Origin: Eledone cirrhosa
Taxonomy: Eukaryota
NCBI GenBank assembly: GCA_964016885.1
Contig: OZ024741.1
Coordinates: 67,456,001 to 67,520,000, forward strand
DNA length: 64,000 nucleotides
Direction of reading: 5' to 3'
A model generated the notes under the pieces. It did no database searches and had not been told where the DNA came from. It saw nothing but the letters and a program-made list of their open reading frames with translations. Every line of letters starts with the position of its first letter. Positions within the stretch are counted from its first letter, which is position 1. Made by a program: the position numbers and the translations under genes. This document shows, in pieces, positions 56,305 through 64,000 of this stretch.

Positions 56305-57520
56305 GTCCTAAGCCTCGCCACCTGCACTGGAGCGTTTGCTCTTTCACTTTTTTGGAAGGGACGCGCTCCGATGGTCAGGCAATCCATCTGCTGTCAACAC
56401 CCGCTACGTGGAGAGCTGGGCATGCCATGGCTGATGATGCGCAGACATGCGCTCAGGCTACGGCATCTCCACCTGTTCCTCGACGGTGATCAGGTATGGT
56501 CACCGTTTGCTAGACACGTCTTTCCCCAGCTCATCTCCTTGACGGAGCTGCGGTGCTGGGTCAAGCGAAGACCGGGAGGGGCGCTTGGAGACTGGAATGT
56601 CTTCATGCGCTCACGGCTCTCGACCAGTCGGGCAATGTAATCGGTGGAAACTCCAGCTTGGCGTTCCATAGAGGATTTGTGGAGGGGAAGAGCGACGGCG
56701 TACTTGTTGAAACTCTAGGTGTCGACGAAAATCAACTAGCCAATCTCTTCGGAAGAACTTTCGAGCCGGGGCCTATGAACAATTTCCAGAAATCCCTGGC
56801 CTGGCAGTGCTACCGAGGAGCTTTGTCAGTTCGGGATAAACTCTACAGGCACGGAAGTGCGTCAGACGGGCATGTCCGAGATGCGCGCATGGCGACGAAA
56901 CCATCCTGCATTACTTGTCCAGTGTCCGAGCATTGCTGACTTGTGGGTTTATGTCGAACACCTGCTGTCACGTGTAGAACAGATCCGGCTATCAGCTGCG
57001 TCCATCGTGAGGATTGCCCCGCCCTCTTACTTTAGCCGGGAAGGGCAGGCAGTTTTTCTCTGTCTGGTGGCCATGGCGAAAGAGATACTATGGTGGACGC
57101 ATCTGAAAGGGCTGTAGACGAGCACTTACCTCTTCGGTGATACCATGATTAACTTTTTCAAATTTCATTTGAAAAGGAAAATCAGGGTAGAGAGGTAAGT
57201 GCTCTCTTCCCAGCATTTTGTTGAAAGATGGGTGAGAGAGGCAAGAATGTGTCTGTAAATTAAAGGTGGAAAACTGGGAGAGGGCACTTGCTCTGGTGGT
57301 CAGGATCACTGTGGCTTTTTAATGGGCTCTCTCCACGATTGTCCCTCGGAAGTCTACCCCCTATTGGGGAATTTTTTCATTGTTCTATTATTACATCCTC
57401 TGTTTTGGGTTTTTTTTTACACGCAGAAATGCCCTTTTGTACCGTCCTTTATTGTCCTGTACTGCCCTTAATGTCTACTTTGTGTAAACCCTTGTGGTTA
57501 ATAAGCATTATTATTATTAT
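56305..57520 (+). mobile_element. Second, 5'-truncated Tx1-like LINE of a related subfamily
   Basis: FWKGRAPMVRQSICCQHPL, NFQKSLAWQCYRG and RDKLYRHGSA parallel 55080-55900. Ends AATAAGC(ATT)n. Confidence 0.85.
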
Positions 57521-58841
57521 TACAGTTGCATTTATCTTGCTTTATGTTCATACGAGTTATCACCAAGTCACAACCAGTGACCTCAAGAGACAACAAGGTC
57601 CGCCATGTTCAAGAAAGAACATACATACTCACACAAGCATCTTTAGTGTTTAGACTTGGGATGTTCTTATATTGACAGAATCTTCCTTAGTATATGGGCA
57701 GTTCCCATTAGTACTATCTTTTGTATTTCTCCTATACGCGGGTTTCCTGGGATTTGCGATAAGTAATCATTAGACCCCTTAGGTATCATTCCCAGAGCGC
57801 CTACAACCACTGGTATTGTTTTAGTTCTCAATTTCCACATTTTTCCAATTTCTATCTCCAGGTCCTTATACTTGCTCAATTTTTCAAATATTTTTATAGA
57901 TACATTCTTGTCTATTGGAACGGACATATCAATTAGCAGGTATACCCTCTTTTTAAAGTCCTTCAATATTATATCAGGTCTATTTGCATCTATTTTTCTG
58001 TCTGTTTGGATGCTAAAGTTCCACAAGATTGAGATGTGATCTTTTTCAAGTATGGGAGGTGGTTGATGATCCCACCAATTCTTTTGATGGGGCAGGTCAA
58101 AATGCTTACACATTATCCAATGTATGTATTGTGCAGCTCTGTCATGCCTGTTTAGGTATTCGGTTGGAGCTATAGGACTGCACATTGAAATTATATGGTC
58201 AATGGTCTCTGATTGTTTTTTGCATACACAGCATAATGGGCTGCATCCATTTTTTATTATTTTGGCTTGGTAATTTTTTGTTGGCAGACACTGATCTTGT
58301 GCTGATATAATCAGTCCTTCAGTCTCCGATTTCAGTCCAGAGGATGCCAACCACTGATGGGTTAAAGTTTTGTCAACATCAGGATTGTTAGCTCGTTCTG
58401 GGTATTTTCCATACAGAGGCTTTTCTTGCCATTTCTTAGCCAGTTTCTGTAGCAGTTCTTTCTTTGCAGTTACTTTTACCTGCTTTGCTTTTTCTGTGTT
58501 TTCCATTTCAGCAGTAAATGGGACTTCTGGAATTTGTAGTCCATTACTGAATCTTTGTGCATCTTTTGTATTGGAGTATGATCTTTTGATGCTTTCGTGT
58601 TTCAAAACGAGTTTGATCATCCAATCATGTGATTCCCTTAGATATGTAGATAATCCAATTGTTGCAGTTTTCAACGCAATGTCTAACTGGATTAACCCAC
58701 GTCCTCCTTCTTTCCTAGGGAAATATATTCTATCTGTATCTGCCTTAGGGTGATGCATTCTGTGCATGGTTAAGAACTTTCGAATTTTTGTATCGAGCCT
58801 ACGGATCTCTGTGCTTGACCAGTTGATGACATGTGTATGGC
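57521..58841 (-). mobile_element. 5'-truncated R4/Dong-type RLE non-LTR retrotransposon inside (TAA)n
   Basis: Both ends abut ATT/TAA repeats (57507-57521 and 58842-58955); contains the ORF listed below. Confidence 0.85.
57667..58767 (-). CDS. C-terminal thumb, zinc finger and restriction-like endonuclease of an R4/Dong-type element
   Basis: RKEGGRGL, CCVCKKQSETIDHIISMC, RHD, RPDI, IDMSVP, K..KYKDL, PVVVGALG. Confidence 0.88.
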   Translation of the reverse strand: MHRMHHPKADTDRIYFPRKEGGRGLIQLDIALKTATIGLSTYLRESHDWMIKLVLKHESIKRSYSNTKDAQRFSNGLQIPEVPFTAEMENTEKAKQVKVTAKKELLQKLAKKWQEKPLYGKYPERANNPDVDKTLTHQWLASSGLKSETEGLIISAQDQCLPTKNYQAKIIKNGCSPLCCVCKKQSETIDHIISMCSPIAPTEYLNRHDRAAQYIHWIMCKHFDLPHQKNWWDHQPPPILEKDHISILWNFSIQTDRKIDANRPDIILKDFKKRVYLLIDMSVPIDKNVSIKIFEKLSKYKDLEIEIGKMWKLRTKTIPVVVGALGMIPKGSNDYLSQIPGNPRIGEIQKIVLMGTAHILRKILSI

Positions 58842-58958
<117 letters not shown>

Positions 58959-60819
58959 AATATTATAAAAATATGAGAACAGACAAAACGAGAAAGAGGG
59001 ACATGAACGAGTTATTACATTTGTAGATATGGTTTATATGTATAAATAACTGAGTATAGTAGTACACATCATTGGCAAATATGTATTCAAATTATTTGTT
59101 TGGACTCGTGCTCGGAAATTCCTTTAAATTTTGTATATTTTTGTATGGGCATCTTTCGATACCTCATTAGCACTTGTATGCGTGGGAGACTGTACTAAAA
59201 CTTCTATTTTAATTCAATTGAATCTAAATCTCGTAAATTACCTCTTTAAATCAATATGTTTTGTTATGCTGTTGTTGTCTTTTTCGCAGTTCTTGTCGCT
59301 ATTGATGCTGATGATACTGTTGAGACTGATTCTGCTGTTTTTGTTGGTTTTGTTGCTACCGCATTGTGTTGCTTAACCCCAAATTAGCTTTGAGTGATCA
59401 GGGGTGTTTAAAGGCTGTCTAGCCATGTTTAAAAAGTGTTTGAGTCATGAGTTGTCACAGGTACTAAATTACTTAAGATGCCATTTCACACGTCATGAAA
59501 CTATGGTATTTGAAATATCTTTCACTACTATTTCTTTCAGGTCAAGCGATTGCGTCAATTGTTTGTCATATGTTTTGCATGTATTTCTGAATGCGTTATA
59601 ATATTTCCTAATCATTTCTCCGGCGATCATGTTCTAACATTTTATATGAGACCATAATCCATGAAATCTAGTATGTATTGGCATATAATATTCGCAAAAT
59701 AAAATAGGTTCGTCTCCTGTGAGAAGGGTTGAGTTGTTCCACAAAGACCTTTGTATAAAACGCAACATGGCACATGAGGTTAACTTATTTTGCTGAAGCC
59801 TTTACCTTTTGATAAGGCTCGTTTATATGTAAAGGCAGCGCTTTAGAGAAATGCTGTTGTTACAGTACAATGGTTAAATACGTGGATGTTACTGTACTTA
59901 CCGACGTTAGTAATAATACACAATGCTCTATTGTAAACATATTCTTAAGCAGATAGTGGCTCTACTGTTGCTGTCTTCTATATAGTGTATCTGCTGTATT
60001 TTTGTTGATGTTAACGCCGCGTTTGAGTAGTTGTTGTCATCAAAGCTGTCTGTGTTACAGTGGAAATACCTGAATACAGATTTTCACATGCAAGTAAAAT
60101 TAAGGTTTAACAAGTTAATGATAAAACTAATAAAACTACTTAAGTCAATAATAAAACTAAGGAAACATTTCTATTCTATTTTGTAAACCAATATGTTTCA
60201 AATAGAGTAAATATGACGCGTTATGATTGAAGGGCAAGCCGTTTTTTTCCCCTTGCTATGTTATCAAATGTGCCTTAGTTTTGTGTTTAAGAGAACGAGT
60301 GAGTGTAAGGTGTTCCGCTGTAACAAGGTTACCACACTAAGGTTATTTTATGTTTCAACACTTAGATTTCTTAATTTAACAACATTTTATGATCCTGGCA
60401 ACACTACATTTCCAAATGGAATATAATTGTATTTTGTTTCCCAATTTTCCACTACTGTAAAACTTGCCGATGCTAGAGCACTGTAAGACGTTTCAATGTG
60501 ACAGAAATATATATTATTCAGATCTAAAAATGAATTATGCTGTACTTTGACGCCATTTCAATGTCTGCATAAAGATTCGTTGTGACGTAAGCAGTCTCAA
60601 AATTACGAAGATTATAAAGACGTGGTTATACGAAACTAAATAGAACAGAAAAGTTTACAATTCTGATTACTCACTAATGGCAAACATACTGTCAAAATCT
60701 AATGCAACTGAAGTTTATGCTCTGTGAATACAATATTACTACAACTATGTAACTGTTTTCATCAATGTGTATTGTTGATATCTGATCCGGCTATATATAT
60801 AGAGAGAGAGAACTCAAGA

Positions 60820-63800
60820 AAATTAACAGCATCCTATCTTTGCTAGTCGACAAACTTGACTCCACAAATGAGGAAACCGTTACCGGATACAAACCCTCCG
60901 AAATCGGCGATAAACCTCAAAACCTTTGCGATACTATCCAAACTATTTTCACTACTACCAACCCAGGAAAATCCAACGAAGAGCCATGTGAGATTGATTC
61001 ATACAAAATGAAAAATTGAACAATCCCAAAATGGACCAAATCCCTCAGAGACAGAAGGTTCTCCTTCTGGAAGATGATACAAAATCACAACAAAGCGGAG
61101 ATATATGAAAAATGGCTTAACTCAACCCCTCTAACTCGCCCCTATTCCAAATGAACCCGAGCTTCAAAGACACCTTAGGGAAAGAATGGCATTGGAGAAA
61201 ATGAAGACAGAAATTGCACTTCTTAAATTGAGGGGCCAGACAAATGAGGAAGGAACCAAAACCATCGATGAAGAGATTATCTTTGAGATCAACAATAACA
61301 CTGAAAGCCCCAACGTAGAGAAGATCTCTAAATTATGGAAAGAGGACTGCAACAGAGAGGAGCTGAAATCCCCTCAACGCTGGGGAAAAAATGCCGCTTG
61401 GTTCCTAAACTATGAATCGACTTTTCAAACGGATTACACCTCCAATAACCCGTTCATAAAAATAGGAAAACCTATAACTCAACCGCACAACAACTTTTCA
61501 AACCACCCAGCTACTAACAAAAGAAGAAGGAAGCACCACACCGAAGATGAACTTCCCAACCTCGCTTCCATAAGAAGGAACAAAAACCCTAGAAATCATC
61601 ACCCCCAGAATGACATTGACGACTTTCCCCCTTCAAGGAGATGTCATACCAAATCACTCAACTACTACGCGGATGCCTCATCATCAAACATAGGGAAAAG
61701 ATACCACTACCATGATAGATGTAACAACTTCCCCGCCACAAGGGAACAGCAAGGTAATTTCCATTTTTTCAACTGTCGCTTCCACAATACACAACAAACC
61801 TACACCACACGATACAACCAACAACGTAGGCCACGTATAATACCACAATCCAACATGGCACATAGAAACACACATCTATACTCGCAATACAGGAACACCC
61901 CATTCAATCCACTACCACGAACCCGTACCACATTTTACTACAACAAGGAATATAACAAACACAGGAGACCACTTAACATCAGCAGACAACCCCTCTACCC
62001 CAACCATTATTTAGACGCAGCACACATATACAGGCAAACAAAATAACACAACACAGGAAGGAGAAACCGAGAGTAATAACAATTATCAATCTATCTAGTG
62101 CAGAACCAACTCCCAACCTTATCAACTTACTCTCCAAAGGTATTAAATTCACACCGACCCCTACGCCCTAACTACTATGAAATGAAGGAAGACATCACAG
62201 AACTCTGTAGAAAGTTACGACTCAGTGAAGAACTATTCGACCAGTACAATGAGGATGAATCATTAGCCAGAAATAGAAGCAACTACACCCCAGCAAAAGG
62301 TAGAAATAAAATCCTGGACGAATTCTGTGAACACATCACAAACATCCCTTACCAACACTTGCACAGAGAAAAACACAAATCAAACCTCAACAAGAAAGAA
62401 TGGGAAGAATTAAATAGATTAAAAACCGATAGAACTATTACAATTAAAGAGACTGATAAAGGGAGTGCAGTAGTCCTAATGGAGACAGAATTATATATCG
62501 ACCTAGCGCTCTCCACTTTGGAAAACGAAACATACTACGAAAAGGCTGAACACTACAATCAACAGAAAATTATGAGAAGCCTAAACATTATGAACAACCA
62601 ATACATAGGAGGACTTACTAACAAGGAATTCAGCTTCATCACAGACTTCACAAGTAAGTCCAGCCTTTTCTACGGTATCCCTAAAGTACATAAAAGCTAA
62701 TTAATAGGTAAGGCATGCAAGGAAGCCACAGACATAGTCATCAATGTCCCCTCACCCAATGAACTCAAATTAAGACTTATCATAGCAGGCCCCGCTTGCG
62801 AAACCCACCACCTTAGCAACTTCATTGATACCCTTCTCAAGCCTTTTCTCAAACACATTAAAAGCTATATAAGGGACGACCTAGATATGCTCAACCACCT
62901 CCCTATTGTACCCCTTTCTGAACAAACCCTACTAGTGACGTACGATGTAGTCAACCTATACTCCAACATCCCCCACAACCTATGAATAGGAGCTATCCAA
63001 TTCTGGCTGGATAATTTCCACAATGAACTCCCACAACGCACCAAAAAGGAATTGGTAATAGAAGGACTCAATTTTATCTTGGAGAACAATTACTTCGTTT
63101 TCAAAAACAAATCCTACAGGCAGAAATCTGGGACCGCTATGGGAACGAAAACGACCCCCACTTATGCCAACATTGTCATGGGCTACCTGGAAATCACCCT
63201 CTACACTAAAGTATTAAACACATTTGGAAACACTCTCCACTTACACATAGAAAATAACTGGAAGCGATATCTAGATGACTGCTTCATCATTTGGCACGAA
63301 AACATCGAGAAACTTAAAGATGTTCACACCCTTATAAATAGGCTCAACACGAATATTAATTTTACAATGGAATACAGCCATCAACAACTCCCCTTCCTCG
63401 ACATCCTCATTAAGATTCATAACAATAAAATAGAAACAGACATATACTACAAGCCCACAGACTCCAAGCAATATCTTCCTTTCAATGCTTGCCACCCTAG
63501 ACACGTTAAAATTAATATTCCCTACAACTTAGCCAAGAGAATCTGTACTATAGTCTCCAATAAATCCACCTGTTACTTACGGCTACAAGAACTAAAGGAC
63601 ACACTCATAGGCAGGGACTACCCTGCATCACTAATTGACAATGGAATCCAACGTGCCCTGAAACTCAGTACCCAGGACCTTAGACACCCAAAAGCAAACC
63701 AACCGAAACTAAAAGCTCTTCCATACATCTCCACACACAACCCCCTCAACAATGAAGCCTTTGACACCATCCTCCAGAACATCCCTGTGTTACAGGACCA

Positions 63801-64000
63801 TAGAATTAACCAAATCCTTCGAATACACGATATCATAAAGAGCAAAAGACAATCTAAGTCAATGAAAAACATCATAACACATGCCAAGGTACTACCGACG
63901 ACAAGAACGAAACCCACAGTAAAGAAAATGCGATGACCAAACTGTGGCATATGCATCAACCTAATAGAGGGTTCGGAATTCTATTTCAAAGAGGGACAAC
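60820..64000 (+). pseudogene. Decayed Penelope-like element (Neptune/Poseidon type), running off the window
   Basis: LLSKG.KFTPTP, DKGSAVV, YGIPKVHK, YDVVNLYSNIP, QKSGTAMG, RYLDD, PFLD, YYKPTD, then PNCGIC linker cysteines. Stops and frameshifts present; 5' boundary approximate. Confidence 0.88.

Overview
Eukaryotic (animal) intergenic or intronic DNA, very AT-rich and saturated with (TA)n/(CA)n microsatellites. The composition resembles cephalopod (octopus-like) genomes, but that is only an impression. No host gene could be supported, and most ORFs in the track are microsatellite translations. The window is a nest of retroelements: several Penelope-like elements (PLEs; Naiad-type and Neptune/Poseidon-type), a Tx1/L1-clade LINE pair, an R4/Dong-type RLE element, an RTE remnant and tRNA-derived SINE heads. 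The main discovery is a ribozyme layer invisible in the ORF track. A ~9-kb array of a near-invariant 310-bp unit carries one type I hammerhead ribozyme (HHR) per unit (28 copies) and flips orientation at the predicted self-cleavage site. At least six other repeat families carry HHR folds, several with non-canonical cores (U.U closing stem II, UUGAUAA/UUGAGAA, CAGAAGA, CUGAGAA). Nearly all are inserted into (TA)n as inverted pairs with 3' ends pointing outward. All folds and alignments were done by eye and need computational and biochemical confirmation.
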